A stretch of 64,000 bases of DNA from Phycisphaerae bacterium (GTDB lineage Bacteria > Planctomycetota > Phycisphaerae > FEN-1346 > JAACEH01): NCBI GenBank assembly GCA_012729015.1, contig JAAYDY010000072.1, positions 8,920 through 72,919 of the forward strand, given 5' to 3'. Position 1 is the first letter of the stretch. The number at the start of each line of letters is the position of its first letter. Positions 38,217 to 47,516 of this stretch are shown one piece after another. The position numbers and the translations under genes were made by a program. The notes under the pieces are model-generated. The model made no database searches and was not told the origin of the DNA. It worked only from the letters and a program-made list of their open reading frames with translations.

Positions 38217-39550
38217 GCCCGTGCCCTCCCCAGGTCGGATAAGAAACTCATCAGGGGTTGCGTTCGGTAGCCGTGCACATAGGACTTGTCGTGCCGGCCG
38301 CCCTCTTCGACACGGTACGCCGGCTGGAGTACCAGACCTCCGTCATCGTAGCGGTCAATCCAAGGCTTCTTCCCATTGGGTGGTTTGCCCTGTTGAATCC
38401 TCAGATGATGGTCGATCAGCCGCTCGACCCAGGTCTTCCCATCACATTGCTCGCCGGCGAAGTCGAAGTGGTCCGCAAACTCAGCGGCCAAGGCGTCGTC
38501 GGCCTGAGTCAGCTTCTCATGTGCCGCTGCAAACGCGGCCGGCAACTCGCGACAGGAAGAGCGGACACCCTCCAGCTTGGCCAGTTCGGCCGGGGAGACC
38601 TTGCCGTGGACTGTAGTCAGTCTCCGCCGACAGTCTTCGAACGCATCCTGAATCAGGCGGGCGAAGTGCTCGTACGCCTGAATCGCCTCAAGCAGTCGTC
38701 GCAATTCTGGTGGGGCCGTCTTTCTCATGGCCTCATGAACGTGGCGTTCAATCGCCCCAAGCGACCCTGAACCGTCTGCAAAGGGCTGCGTGAGCTTCTG
38801 GCCGGCATCGGAGACCAGAAAGTCGAGCACCTGCCGGCGGAAGCCGTTGCCCGGGCTGCGGATGATCTCATAGAGCGTGCGAGCTTCCCTGCGGCCCACC
38901 TCATATTGGCCCAGGTGATTCGAGAAGAACTCGCGGTATCTCCAGTTGGCCCTGCGGGCCACGCAGCCGGTTTCCAGTCCGTCATCAACGGCTTCGCGAA
39001 GACGCTGGAGAACCAGATGGCCGTCTCCTCCTCCCGTGCCGACGAAGCCAGCCAGGTTCTGCTCGTCCGCCCAGGTCTCAAGAAGCTGATACCCAGGACC
39101 GCCGAGTTGGTCCGCCACCTGGATCTCGAGTTCCCGGGCCAGGATCCGGTAGACTCCGTGGAAACCGTAGACCGATGGCGTCTTCAGATAACGCTTTGCA
39201 GAGAGGGGCACATTGTCTCGTATCGCCGAGGTCGCTTTGTCCCGCCCCGGCAGGCCACGCAGCTCATCGCCTCCCGAGGCAGTCCTCACCATGAACTCAA
39301 CCATGTACCATTCGAAGACCTGCCACGGCTCGCTCACTCCATCGCTGGCTACGATGTCGTCGGGGAAACTTGACGTGACGTGGAGCGACACGGCCAGAGC
39401 TGTCAGGAATCGCGGGTGCTGTTGCCGTTCCCGCACGCCTGGCACGAGTTGAACGGCCAGACGGTCGGCTGTGGCATAAAGCCCGAGCGGATCGAGTGAT
39501 CCCTCACCGAGGATCTCGTCGTCCCGCAACGAGAGAAGTGGCGTCAACAT
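38213..39550 (-). CDS. Hypothetical 445-aa protein, first gene of the PLD/SNF2 operon
   Basis: Long ORF with protein-like composition (MLTPLLSLRDDEILGEGSLDPLGLYATADRLAVQLVPGVRERQQHPRFLTALAV...). No catalytic motif recognised by eye. Confidence 0.6.
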   Translation of the reverse strand: MLTPLLSLRDDEILGEGSLDPLGLYATADRLAVQLVPGVRERQQHPRFLTALAVSLHVTSSFPDDIVASDGVSEPWQVFEWYMVEFMVRTASGGDELRGLPGRDKATSAIRDNVPLSAKRYLKTPSVYGFHGVYRILARELEIQVADQLGGPGYQLLETWADEQNLAGFVGTGGGDGHLVLQRLREAVDDGLETGCVARRANWRYREFFSNHLGQYEVGRREARTLYEIIRSPGNGFRRQVLDFLVSDAGQKLTQPFADGSGSLGAIERHVHEAMRKTAPPELRRLLEAIQAYEHFARLIQDAFEDCRRRLTTVHGKVSPAELAKLEGVRSSCRELPAAFAAAHEKLTQADDALAAEFADHFDFAGEQCDGKTWVERLIDHHLRIQQGKPPNGKKPWIDRYDDGGLVLQPAYRVEEGGRHDKSYVHGYRTQPLMSFLSDLGRARA

Positions 39551-40046
39551 GGTTGCCCCCGTCGGTCCGGATGTGCGGAAACAGAACCAGAAACTGGTAC
39601 GCCGACGTCAGAGTGCCTGCATTGTGCCGTACAAGCCCAGATAAGACAAGATGTTACCCGTGCCCTAGTGCCTCCGCTGCCGACGCGGGGAGGCCATGCG
39701 CGTGCTGTGGCTGCGGTTGTCGGGTAGACGATCGGGATGACCGAACGATGGTCGTTGCACTGCGGACATGCCACTTCACTGTTGCGTTTCGCCATGGCGA
39801 TCCCCTTGGGGCCATAGGCCCCGATACCCAAGCCCGGCCGACCGGCCCGGCCCTCCCAAGCAGCGGAATACCGGTCCGCCTTCACTATGGTTATACGCCA
39901 GGGGGATAGCAGGATTGGTCAGGCCCAGCATCGTGTGGATGATAGCCGGACGGCCACACCACCACAGGGGTAATCCGAGGCACAGCACTGGCCAAAGGGC
40001 GACAGGCGTCAGGTCTGTGGCGGGTGCCGCTGCGGGCAAAACAGCA

Positions 40047-40080
40047 TTGACAGCGTGTGGAAGACACACTATCATAGTGT
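40047..40080 (+). promoter_or_regulatory. Putative sigma70 promoter with overlapping palindromic operator (candidate NrtR box) upstream of nrtR
   Basis: TTGACA (40047-40052), 17-nt spacer, TATCAT (40070-40075). The perfect palindrome ACACTAT-C-ATAGTGT (40066-40080) covers the -10, 26 nt before the nrtR ATG. Confidence 0.4.
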
Positions 40081-40105
40081 AGGACTCACACGAACGAGGT
40101 GGCGA

Positions 40106-40795
40106 ATGCCATTTACCTACGACTATCCTCGACCAGCGCTCGCCGTGGACTGCGTGGTCTTCGGACTGGACGAAGAGGACTTGAAGGTCCTGTTGATCCG
40201 CCGGGGGCAGGAGCCGTATGCGGGCCGCTGGGCGTTGCCCGGCGGTTTCGTTCGCGAGAACGAGTCTCCCGCAGCCGCTGCCCGTCGCGAACTGCACGAG
40301 GAAGCCGGTCTGCGTGACGTGTACCTGGAGCAGTTGTACACGTTCGGCGCGCCGGGCCGCGATCCACGCGGCCACGTGATCAGTGTGGCCCACTATGCCC
40401 TGGTCAGGCTCAGCGATCATCGTGTTGCAGCGGCGACGGATGCATCGGATGCCGCCTGGTTCGGCACCGACGACTTGCCCCGGCTGGCGTTCGACCATGG
40501 AGCCATTTTCGAAATGGCCCACGCCAGGCTCAGGGCCAAGGTCCGGTACCAGCCGATCGGGTTCGAGTTGCTGCCCGAGAGGTTCCCGCTGCGGATGCTC
40601 CAGCACCTGTACGAGGTGGTTCTCGACCGTCCACTCGACAAACGGAACTTCCGCAAGAAGGTCCTGGAAATGGGCATCCTCGAGGAACTGGATGAAGTCG
40701 AGACGGACGTTTCACACCGGGCCGCGCGGTTGTACCGTTTCAGCAAGGCACGGTATCAAACGCTGACGAAGAAGGGGTTGAACTTTGAACTCTGA
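40106..40795 (+). CDS. nrtR: Nudix-related transcriptional regulator of NAD metabolism (Nudix domain + C-terminal winged helix)
   Basis: ORF 40055..40795, trimmed to the ATG at 40106 (GAGGTGG upstream). Nudix box [24 protein letters not shown]. The C-terminal part reads [32 protein letters not shown], typical of NrtR. Confidence 0.8.
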   Translation: MPFTYDYPRPALAVDCVVFGLDEEDLKVLLIRRGQEPYAGRWALPGGFVRENESPAAAARRELHEEAGLRDVYLEQLYTFGAPGRDPRGHVISVAHYALVRLSDHRVAAATDASDAAWFGTDDLPRLAFDHGAIFEMAHARLRAKVRYQPIGFELLPERFPLRMLQHLYEVVLDRPLDKRNFRKKVLEMGILEELDEVETDVSHRAARLYRFSKARYQTLTKKGLNFEL

Positions 40796-41891
40796 CCGGA
40801 GCCGCCACGCCAACGCACACGCCGCCGACAGCCGGGAGGACCGGTTGGCGGGATGTCTGCTGGGAACCGCGGTCGGTGACGCCATCGGCCTGCCCCGCGA
40901 GGGCATGTCGCCACACCGCGCCATCAGGCTGTTCGGCGAGGCCCCGCTGGGACACAGGTTCCTGGCTGGTCGCGGCATGGCGAGCGACGACACGGAGCAC
41001 GCCTGCATGGTGGCGGCGTCACTGCTGGCCAGCCACGGCCAGCCAAGGCGATTCGCGCGGTCTCTGGCGTGGCGGCTGCGCTTCTGGCTTGCCGCGTTGC
41101 CCGCCGGCGTCGGGTTGGCAACGGCAAGAGCGATCTGCAAGTTGTGGTTGGGGTTCCCGCCAAGCCACAGTGGCGTGCGGTCCGCAGGCAACGGTCCGGC
41201 GATGCGGTCACCGTTGATCGGCGTCTGGGCCGGCGGTGACATGCCCAGACTCAGGGAGTTGGTTGAAGCCTCGACTCGACTGACGCACACGGACGTCCGT
41301 GCCGTGGAAGGAGCCGTGGCGGTTGCCCTGTGCTGCCACTACGGTACCACGCGAACAGCTGCGGAGGTTGACGCTACGGAGGTCTTCGAGTTGCTGCAAC
41401 GCGAGGTGACAGACGCGGAGTTGCTTCAGGCGCTCTCAGCGACGCGGTCAGCGGTTGACCGAGCGATCGGGCCGGAGGAGTTCGTCCGCGACATGGGTTT
41501 CCAGAAAGGCGTCAGCGGCTACATCGTCCACACGCTGTCGGCGGCCCTGTTCTGCTGGCTGCGTCACCCTGGCGACTTCCGGGCGGGCATTGAGGAAGTC
41601 GTCCAGATGGGCGGCGATGCCGACACCACCGGTGCCATTACCGGCGCACTGTGCGGGGCCACCGTGGGGCGTAGGGGCATACCGGCGGAGTGGGTGAAGG
41701 GCCTGTGGGAATGGCCACGAACGGTGGCGTACATGGACCGCCTCGCCGAGGCCCTGTCCGAATCGTCGCCGGGCGGGCAAGGCACCAACAGGGTGCCTCG
41801 CTGGTTCTGGCCGGGTGTCCTGCCCAGGAATCTGCTTTTCCTGCTGGTCGTATTGCTGCACGGATTGCGAAGGCTGTTTCCTCCATACTGA
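40785..41891 (+). CDS. ADP-ribosylglycohydrolase family protein with hydrophobic C-terminal tail
   Basis: [31 protein letters not shown] and [17 protein letters not shown] are ARH/DraG motifs. The longest ORF starts at a TTG (40785); the TTG at 40845 after GGGAGGA is an alternative. The tail reads [12 protein letters not shown]. Confidence 0.85.
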   Translation: MNSDRSRHANAHAADSREDRLAGCLLGTAVGDAIGLPREGMSPHRAIRLFGEAPLGHRFLAGRGMASDDTEHACMVAASLLASHGQPRRFARSLAWRLRFWLAALPAGVGLATARAICKLWLGFPPSHSGVRSAGNGPAMRSPLIGVWAGGDMPRLRELVEASTRLTHTDVRAVEGAVAVALCCHYGTTRTAAEVDATEVFELLQREVTDAELLQALSATRSAVDRAIGPEEFVRDMGFQKGVSGYIVHTLSAALFCWLRHPGDFRAGIEEVVQMGGDADTTGAITGALCGATVGRRGIPAEWVKGLWEWPRTVAYMDRLAEALSESSPGGQGTNRVPRWFWPGVLPRNLLFLLVVLLHGLRRLFPPY

Positions 41892-41914
41892 CGCCATGGT
41901 TGAGGAGGTACGCC

Positions 41915-42508
41915 GTGCCTGACTGGTTGCCGACCGTTGTCGAGTGGACCGCTGCCGCTCTTGGATTCGCCTGCGTGGTGCTGACCGTACGGCAGAACAT
42001 GTGGTGTTGGCCGACGGGGCTGCTCCAGGTGCTGCTCTACATCTACGTGTTCCTGAGCGCCCGGCTGTACTCCGACATGATCCTGCATGTGATCTACGTT
42101 GTGCTGCAGGTGTATGGCTGGTGGGCCTGGCTGCATGGGGGGAAGGACAAGGGGCGGCTGCAGACCTCGTGGTTGTCGGGAAGGGTCAGGGCGGCGTGGG
42201 CGCTGGTGATCTTCGCTGGCACGTTCACCTGGGGCTTTCTCATGGCTCGCTTCACCGACGCGGCGCTGCCCTACTGGGATGCGGCGACCACCGTGCTCAG
42301 CATTGTCGCCCAGTACTTACTGGCACACAAGAAGATCGAGAGTTGGGTCCTCTGGATCGTGGTTGACATACTTTGTGTGGGCATCTACTTCGTCAAGGAC
42401 CTGCACACGACCATGGTTCTCTATGCCGTATTCCTCGTTCTGGCGGTCATGGGGCTCAAGAAATGGACGCAGAGCACTCAAAAGCAATTGGCAGCGGCAC
42501 CGGCCTGA
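41915..42508 (+). CDS. pnuC: Nicotinamide riboside transporter
   Basis: GTG start 6 nt after GAGGAGG (41902-41908). VEWTAAALGFACVVLTVRQNMWCWPTGLLQVLLYIYVF...YSDMILHVIYVVLQVYGWWAW and WVLWIVVDILCVGIY are PnuC hallmarks. Confidence 0.85.
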   Translation: MPDWLPTVVEWTAAALGFACVVLTVRQNMWCWPTGLLQVLLYIYVFLSARLYSDMILHVIYVVLQVYGWWAWLHGGKDKGRLQTSWLSGRVRAAWALVIFAGTFTWGFLMARFTDAALPYWDAATTVLSIVAQYLLAHKKIESWVLWIVVDILCVGIYFVKDLHTTMVLYAVFLVLAVMGLKKWTQSTQKQLAAAPA

Positions 42509-43506
42509 TCCTGGGCAAATTCATGCCGCCGCACCTCGGCCACCAGTACCTGGTCGACTTCGGGCGGCATTACGTCCGCGAACTGACCGTGCTGGTCTGC
42601 TCGCTGCCCTCTGAGCCGATCAGCGGTGAGCTGCGCTATCGCTGGATGTGCGAGATGTTCCCACAAGCAACCGTTCGCCTGGTCCACGTCACCGACGACC
42701 TACCGCAGGAACCGAAGGACCACCCCCAGTTCTGGCAGATCTGGCACGACGTGGTACGTCGGTACCTGCCTTCAGGGCCGGACTTCGTCTTCGCCTGCGA
42801 GGACTACGGGTATCGCTTGGCCGAGATTCTCGGAGCCAGGTACATCCCCGTTGACCGGGGCCGCGACCTGGTGCCGGTCTCGGCAACCGCGATTCGTAAC
42901 GACCCCATGGCCCACTGGCGGTACATTCCTCCGGTCGTGCGCCCGTACTATGTCAGGAGGGTCTGCCTGTTCGGCCCGGAGTCCACAGGCAAGACGACAC
43001 TCGCAGCCGACCTGGCAAAGCACTACGACACGGTCTGGGTCGGTGAACACGCCCGCCCACTGCTTGATCACAAGGCCGGCGTGTGCGACGTCGCCGATAT
43101 TCCGCTGATTGCCCGAGGCCAGATCGCCGCCGAGGAAGCCCTGGCCCGCCAAGCCAACCGGATCCTGATCTGCGACACGGACCCTCTGCTCACAACCGTC
43201 TGGAGCGATGTCCTGTTCAATGGGTGCCCGGACTGGCTGCATTCTGCCGCGGAGCAAAGGCATTACGACCTTTACCTGCTACTGGACGTGGACGTGCCTT
43301 GGGTCCAGGACGGCCAGCGCTATCTGTCACACGCTCGCCGGGATTTCTTTGTCCGCTGCAGAGACGTGCTGACGCAGCTCAATAGACCCTTTGTGGGGAT
43401 CAAGGGCAACTGGGACGAACGTCTCGCTGCCGCAACGCGAGCGATTGATGACTTGCTGTCGCCAAGAAGAGCCGGTTCAGTTCAACCCAACGCCGCTCCT
43501 TCGTAG
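42463..43506 (+). CDS. nadR: NadR-type bifunctional NMN adenylyltransferase / ribosylnicotinamide kinase
   Basis: ORF 42373..43506, trimmed to MDAEHS.... GLILGKFMPPHLGHQYLV is the (H/T)xGH nucleotidyltransferase motif and FGPESTGKTTLA the kinase P-loop. Overlaps the pnuC end by 46 nt. Confidence 0.9.
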   Translation: MDAEHSKAIGSGTGLILGKFMPPHLGHQYLVDFGRHYVRELTVLVCSLPSEPISGELRYRWMCEMFPQATVRLVHVTDDLPQEPKDHPQFWQIWHDVVRRYLPSGPDFVFACEDYGYRLAEILGARYIPVDRGRDLVPVSATAIRNDPMAHWRYIPPVVRPYYVRRVCLFGPESTGKTTLAADLAKHYDTVWVGEHARPLLDHKAGVCDVADIPLIARGQIAAEEALARQANRILICDTDPLLTTVWSDVLFNGCPDWLHSAAEQRHYDLYLLLDVDVPWVQDGQRYLSHARRDFFVRCRDVLTQLNRPFVGIKGNWDERLAAATRAIDDLLSPRRAGSVQPNAAPS

Positions 43507-43697
43507 CCCTGTTCGGTCGCACGAATGACCGGGGCGGCCGACTTCAGCCTGCCCGCCGGCCACTCCTGCCAATTTCTTGCCGACCCTGGTTGAAAGAAAC
43601 TCTTCGGATCCTTGACATCGCCCATGCCGTCACCATTCCTCCGGCCACCCGGCGTAGCGCCGTGGTGTCACTGATGCGGCCTAAGTTGGCCATCGGC

Positions 43698-44789
43698 TCA
43701 GCCTATAGTCTCTACCGGCCGACCTTGCGGATCGCGGATGACCGTCTGCTCTATGTGAAACGTCACATCGGCCGTGCCTGGCAGAGCGAAATCCCCCCGG
43801 CGCGGTTGAAGGGCCGCCACCAGGGCCTTGGTCGAGTCGGCGTCCAGTGTCAGGACCAGACGCTGAAGTGGTTGGCCAGGTGTGGCGCCATCTGTATTCT
43901 CGGCTCGCCATCCCGGCTTCCCGGGTTCAAACACGAGTTGAGAGCCATCCTCTAACTGGAGAATGAGTTCGCGACCGAACGGCAGGCGGCCTTGCACGAT
44001 CCTCGCCACTTCCGCGACCCCGCCGGCACCCAGGTAGACATCGGCCCGCCTTCCGCCGAACAAACGGCTGCTCACCTTGAACCGCGTGTACCCGTCAAAC
44101 AGGAAGCCCGTGCTGGAGCCTTCCCGGGCAGTTCCCTCGGCAATGCGTTTGGCAGCCTCCGGATTCGAAAGCACCGACAGTCGGCGCAGGTCGATGATGC
44201 CAAGGGCGTTCACGGCGTTGAGTTCCACCAGAACCGCCTCGTTCTTCCAGGCTTTCATCGCTGCCAGTTCGTCCCCAGTGATTCCCACGATCTGGATGAA
44301 GTCCACGTGTCCATTGGGGGTATCGATGCTTCCCAGCGCGGGGTCCAGCCTGGCAGTCATGGCTTGGATTTCCGTGGGGTCGCCCGCGCAGATCGGACCG
44401 TTCAGGTCCATAGTGTGGCCGTCGCCGAAGACGTTGCCCGTACTGGCAATGTAGTGGCCCACGTTCTCCAAGAAGTTGATGGCCCAGTTGGGCGGACCTT
44501 GCTCGCCCTCGGCACGCTTCACGCGCAGCGTCAGCTCCAGGCCGAAGCCACTGACCTCGCGGTTGGGCGATTCCTTGTCATACAGTTCGGTCAGCCCCGC
44601 CGATACGAGCAGCCAATGTGGCTCCGGCTGATCCACATGCCGCACGTAGATGTCGTCCAGTGCCTGCTCTCCACCCAGCATCCGCGGGATCGGACTGTGC
44701 ATGACCAGGGCGTTGGGGTCCGGATGGGTCTTGTCGAGGGCCGCTTCGAGGGCGGCGTATCCGACCGGGCTGTCATTGTCATCGCTCAT
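43698..44789 (-). CDS. Suppressor-of-fused (SUFU)-like domain protein
   Basis: 363-aa ORF. PEPHWLLVSAGLTELYDKESPNREVSGFGLELTLRV matches the bacterial SUFU domain signature. Confidence 0.8.
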   Translation of the reverse strand: MSDDNDSPVGYAALEAALDKTHPDPNALVMHSPIPRMLGGEQALDDIYVRHVDQPEPHWLLVSAGLTELYDKESPNREVSGFGLELTLRVKRAEGEQGPPNWAINFLENVGHYIASTGNVFGDGHTMDLNGPICAGDPTEIQAMTARLDPALGSIDTPNGHVDFIQIVGITGDELAAMKAWKNEAVLVELNAVNALGIIDLRRLSVLSNPEAAKRIAEGTAREGSSTGFLFDGYTRFKVSSRLFGGRRADVYLGAGGVAEVARIVQGRLPFGRELILQLEDGSQLVFEPGKPGWRAENTDGATPGQPLQRLVLTLDADSTKALVAALQPRRGDFALPGTADVTFHIEQTVIRDPQGRPVETIG

Positions 44790-44807
44790 CAGGGGTCCTT
44801 TCGCAGC

Positions 44808-44996
44808 CTACTTCCAGAATTCCCACCAGCGTTTGCGGGGCGACGCCACGTGGTCCACCTCGGATGTTGATTCGGAACCGGCGACAACCTGAACGCCACC
44901 GCAGAGAGGGCAGAACGACGTGAACATCGCCGGCACGGCTCCATCCGGGAGGTTCGGGAAGATCACCCGGACGAGGTCGGATGGGGCGTCGAACAA
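44808..44996 (-). CDS. Possible small protein (62 aa) upstream of the SUFU-like gene
   Basis: This ORF ends 18 nt before the SUFU-like ATG and contains FCPLCGG. A competing overlapping frame (44779..45066) makes the call weak. Confidence 0.25.
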   Translation of the reverse strand: MFDAPSDLVRVIFPNLPDGAVPAMFTSFCPLCGGVQVVAGSESTSEVDHVASPRKRWWEFWK

Positions 44997-45251
44997 CGGC
45001 GTAGGGCTGATTGGCCGCCTTCAGTTCCGCCGACATCGCTTTGAACCTGGCTCGAAGCTGCTTCACTCGGGATTCCTCTTACGGGGTGCCTGCCCATTGT
45101 GCGCGTCCGGAGTGTGCCCGTCAACAAGCTGCCAAGGACTGTTGGAGACGGCGGTTGCCATGGCGACTGGTACGGGCTATCATCACTGGCTATCATCAGC
45201 AGCCTGTCGGGTTGTGTTATTGCGTATTGCTGCAGAACGAAGAGGTTTCAG

Positions 45252-46538
45252 ATGATCTGTAAGGAAGTGGACTACGCGGCGGCCATTCAGCAGTGGCAGT
45301 CGCTTCTGGACAGCGGCTCACTGCCGAAGTCCCAGCAACAGGCCGCCCGGAGGCACCTGGCTGGCCTCCAGGCCGAGAAGGACATGGCGTACCACCTGGA
45401 GGTCTTCTTCGCCAGCCGGGAGTCCTTTGCCGTGTTCAACAACCTCAAGGTTGAGCACAACGGCCTCTCGGCCCAGATCGACCACCTGGTGCTGACCCGC
45501 TGGACGGCCTACTTCATCGAGTCCAAGAGCGTCTCGCAGGTCATCACCGTGAACGAGCACGGCGAATGGGGCCGCATCCACAACCGCCGGTTCACGCCTA
45601 TTGAGTCGCCACTGGAGCAGTCCCGTCGGCACAAGGAGACGCTCTACAACTTCATGACCGCACACCGCGAAGAGTTCATGGGCAAGCTCCTGGGCTTCGT
45701 CATGGTCAAGCATTTCGAGAGGCTGCTCACCCCTGTTCACTATGTCGCGATCTCAACACACGGCCAGATACAGGGCGACGGCCGACGGAAGTTCCCCGAA
45801 GTCAAGAAGGCCGACCAGATACCACACGAGGTCATCGCCCATCACCAGGCACTGAACACGGGCCTGCTGAACCTCTACGCAAAGCAAGAGGAAATGGACG
45901 CCTTCAACAAGACCGAGTTCGCCGCCGTGATCCAGTTCCTGGCCCGGCACGACGTGGCCCCGGCGCCGCTCGACCAGTTCCGGCAGTTCGTGGGGGAACT
46001 GCCCCGGATGGGCGACGAGCCGGTGAAGGGCGAGCGGGATGCCTCGGAGGTGGAGTTGGCTCCCTCGGACGACAGTCCGGTTGAGCGGCAGTATGCCTGC
46101 CGCAAGTGCCAGTCGAAGAAACTGGCCGTGGCCCACGGACCGTACGGCTATTACCTGAAGTGCGGAGACTGCGGCGGCAACACGCCGATCGTCGAGCTGT
46201 GCGAGAAGTGCTCAGAGAAGATGAAGGTCTCGAAGGCCGGTGCCGCCTACACGCTGAAATGCCCGAAGTGCGGTCAGAGCAGCCCCCTGATTGTCGGCAG
46301 TTCCACGGACGCACTCGCCTCCGAACCCGTATCCACCACGATGCGATCCCAGGCGGCCCCTTCGGAGGCAGTTGCGACAGCCCCTGCGCCTGCTGCTCCG
46401 GCTTCTCCGCCGTGCCCTCTGTGCGGCAGCCAAATGGCCCTTCGCACCGCCCGTCGAGGCAAGAACACCGGCGGGCAGTTCTGGGGCTGCACCACGTACC
46501 CCAAGTGCAAAGGCATCGTCGCCGAGTCAGACTCGTAA
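45252..46538 (+). CDS. NERD (nuclease-related) domain protein with C-terminal zinc ribbons including a topoisomerase-type C4 finger
   Basis: ORF 45099..46538, trimmed to MICKEV... (AGAGG upstream). NERD core is AQIDHLVLTRWTAYFIESKS. Zinc ribbons are CRKCQSKK...CGDCGG, CEKCSEK...CPKCG and CPLCGSQMALRTARRGKNTGGQFWGCTTYPKCKG. Confidence 0.8.
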   Translation: MICKEVDYAAAIQQWQSLLDSGSLPKSQQQAARRHLAGLQAEKDMAYHLEVFFASRESFAVFNNLKVEHNGLSAQIDHLVLTRWTAYFIESKSVSQVITVNEHGEWGRIHNRRFTPIESPLEQSRRHKETLYNFMTAHREEFMGKLLGFVMVKHFERLLTPVHYVAISTHGQIQGDGRRKFPEVKKADQIPHEVIAHHQALNTGLLNLYAKQEEMDAFNKTEFAAVIQFLARHDVAPAPLDQFRQFVGELPRMGDEPVKGERDASEVELAPSDDSPVERQYACRKCQSKKLAVAHGPYGYYLKCGDCGGNTPIVELCEKCSEKMKVSKAGAAYTLKCPKCGQSSPLIVGSSTDALASEPVSTTMRSQAAPSEAVATAPAPAAPASPPCPLCGSQMALRTARRGKNTGGQFWGCTTYPKCKGIVAESDS

Positions 46539-46803
46539 GCGTCGCAAGGCTTGTAGCACCGAAGCACGTCTGACCTGATCTGATAGGGGCATGGCGTAAA
46601 CTATCACGTGAGTCGACGGGGGCGTAGAAGGCCTTAGGGCACGCGTGGCTTCCTGACGATGCCGACAGATCATTGCCTGATCACCGACAGGAGTACTCGC
46701 ATGGCAGGGGCGAGCTGCAGAGTTGTTGCCGTCGCCGTCAGGCGCCGGTCTCAATGTCTCGTGGAACCGTAAGCCCGCCGCCAGAGACAGTGGAGAACGC
46801 AGG

Positions 46804-47163
46804 ATGGCCTCATGTGATCGCGAGGAACTCGCCAGGCTGGCGCAGCTTATCGAGCAATGGGTCGATCTTGACGTGGAATGTGACGCGAAGGCACGCCTCC
46901 GACGAAAGATCGATGTCCTGGGCCGGGCGTGCGAACAACTGCGCATTGCGTTGCGCCATGTCGATAACGCACTCGAATACGACGAGTTCATCCGCGGCCA
47001 ACTTGAGGTGACAGATGATGCCCTGCATTATCGTGTGGCCACGGCACCACCGACTCGGGCGATCGAGTTCACCCGACCAAGTCAATATCAGAGCAAGCTT
47101 CTTCTCTTCCTCCTGATCTACCACCGTCCCGGCGACCGAGTCATCGATATGGGATGTTCGTGA
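46804..47163 (+). CDS. Hypothetical protein (119 aa)
   Basis: ORF 46723..47163, trimmed to MASCDREELARL.... Protein-like helical composition, convergent with pnkp. No motif recognised. Confidence 0.35.
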   Translation: MASCDREELARLAQLIEQWVDLDVECDAKARLRRKIDVLGRACEQLRIALRHVDNALEYDEFIRGQLEVTDDALHYRVATAPPTRAIEFTRPSQYQSKLLLFLLIYHRPGDRVIDMGCS

Positions 47164-47516
47164 ACCAGTTAGCACGAATCTGTCAGCCCGATGCCGATGT
47201 TCTCTCGACGTTTGAAGGAGTGCTGCAGGAGGCACACGGCCTGCTGCGTAGGTACTGGGCCGTGCTTGTGGACTCGTCAGTGTCTGTGGCCGACCGCCAG
47301 CGAAGCAGCATGGCCTTGATTGCTGAACTCGACAAGAGGCCTGGCATAGAACGGTTCAGGCCCGTTTCCGCAAGGTTGATCGGGGCATGTTTGAGATTGT
47401 CTCGCGGTAGCAGCAGCACTCAACGCAGCGCCCCGGCCATTGACGTCGGGAGGCTTCACTTTCGGCGGACGGCCAACGGGAATTGTGACAATGCAGGGCG
47501 CAGCCGGATAGTGCAG

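Noticed and set aside
33223-39550. Calling the SNF2 + PLD operon a DISARM system
   Set aside because: There is no DrmA (DUF1998-partner helicase), DrmB or dedicated DrmM methylase gene in or next to the operon. Only two of the expected components are present.
39544-39885. 113-aa minus-strand ORF upstream of the 445-aa gene (contains CPQCN)
   Set aside because: The second half has junk-like composition, there is no RBS, and it overlaps the next gene's start. It may be a short zinc-ribbon gene fragment, but I cannot support it.
46527-46991. 154-aa minus-strand ORF between the NERD gene and pnkp
   Set aside because: It is Ser/Arg-rich and low in complexity and overlaps the more protein-like + strand ORF 46804..47163.
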